The translations under genes and the position numbers were made by a program. The notes beneath the pieces are model-generated. The model saw only the letters and a program-made list of their open reading frames with translations, made no database searches and was not told the origin of the DNA. 20,000 bases of DNA. Source: Chiloscyllium plagiosum (Eukaryota). Location: contig NC_057749.1 of assembly GCF_004010195.1 (NCBI RefSeq), positions 8,623,645 to 8,643,644 on the forward strand. The letters run 5' to 3'. The stretch's first letter is position 1, and the number at the start of each line of letters is the position of its first letter. Of this stretch, positions 19,139 through 20,000 are shown in pieces.

Positions 19139-19476
19139 GTGAAGATGGGGCTGGCCACTGGAAGGATATTTAGTGAAGAGCAGAATATTTAGTGAAGAGC
19201 AGAATACCACGCGGGCTGGAGTAAAGGAGATTGTAATGGATTGGGACCAGCCTGCGATGTCTGGTGTCCATTTGCCTGTCCAGGACTGGAGGAAATGGTC
19301 TCAGTAAATCATGTGACGTTCTGAAGGTGGCAATGTGACCAGTCATACTCACGTGGGCACACCCTGAGAGGGTTAGGGTTATTTCCCTCTGTGTTTCTCT
19401 GGCAGTATTGATTTCACAAAAGAAGAATGAGCAAAACAGAACAAGACACACATGCTCACTCAGACACTGGCATTCC

Positions 19477-20000
19477 CCCCCATACACACACACACTTACA
19501 TCGCACACATACCCCCAATAAACCCCATACACTCACAACACAAACACTCCACTTCCACACACACATACCCCATATACACACACACTTACATCGCACACGC
19601 ACCCCCAATAAACCCCATACACTCACAACACAAACACTCCACTTCCACACACACATACCCCATATACACACACACTTACATCGCACACGCACCCCCAATA
19701 AACCCCATACACTCACAACACAAACACTCCACTTCCACACACACATACCCCATATACACACACACTTACATCGCACACGCACCCCCAATAAACCCCATAC
19801 ACTCACAACACAAACACTCCACTTCCACACACACATACCCCATATACACACACACTTACATCGCACACGCACCCCCAATAAACCCCATACACTCACAACA
19901 CAAACACTCCACTTCCACACACACATACCCCATATACACACACACTTACATCGCACACGCACCCCCAATAAACCCCATACACTCACAACACAAACACTCT
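19477..20000. repeat. 90-bp C/A-rich minisatellite, ~5.8 near-identical units, running to the window edge
   Basis: Unit CATATACACACACACTTACATCGCACACGCACCCCCAATAAACCCCATACACTCACAACACAAACACTCCACTTCCACACACACATACCC starts at 19481, 19571, 19661, 19751, 19841 and 19931. Confidence 0.98.

Noticed and set aside
18835..19430. Possible small exons (donor GAG/GTGAGT at ~18921; acceptor TTTCTCTGGCAG at ~19405 followed by IDFTKEE*)
   Set aside because: The peptides are unrecognisable and such motifs arise often by chance. RNA-seq support would be needed.
19456..19986. 176-aa repetitive Cys/Val/Trp ORF
   Set aside because: It is a by-product of a stop-free 90-bp (30-codon) minisatellite on its GT-rich strand.
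19477..20000. CRISPR-like periodicity
   Set aside because: There are no unique spacers, the units are identical end to end, and the context is vertebrate.

Overview
This is non-coding, repeat-rich vertebrate DNA, almost certainly from a cartilaginous fish. The HE1-type SINEs and HER1/CR1-type LINEs point to a shark; this is recognition by eye, not a database result. I can support no host protein-coding gene, and the ORF track mostly reflects fragments of decayed transposable elements (TEs). The window holds HE1 SINEs, a second tRNA-derived SINE, DeuSINE-like relics, CR1/L2/Tx1 LINE 3' ends, LTR-like remnants and a 90-bp minisatellite. The most notable signal is a set of Penelope-like elements (PLEs), one with a GIY-YIG endonuclease relic. 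Several are short fold-back insertions, two with exact 14-bp target-site duplications (TSDs). Together they carry about 15 minimal type I hammerhead-ribozyme motifs from at least four sequence families. One copy (6359-6397) folds cleanly but has a U3:A8 core instead of the usual C3:G8. Also present are a ~280-bp local inverted duplication that includes unique flank, and two Tx1-like 3' ends sitting at the same motif in LTR-like sequence.
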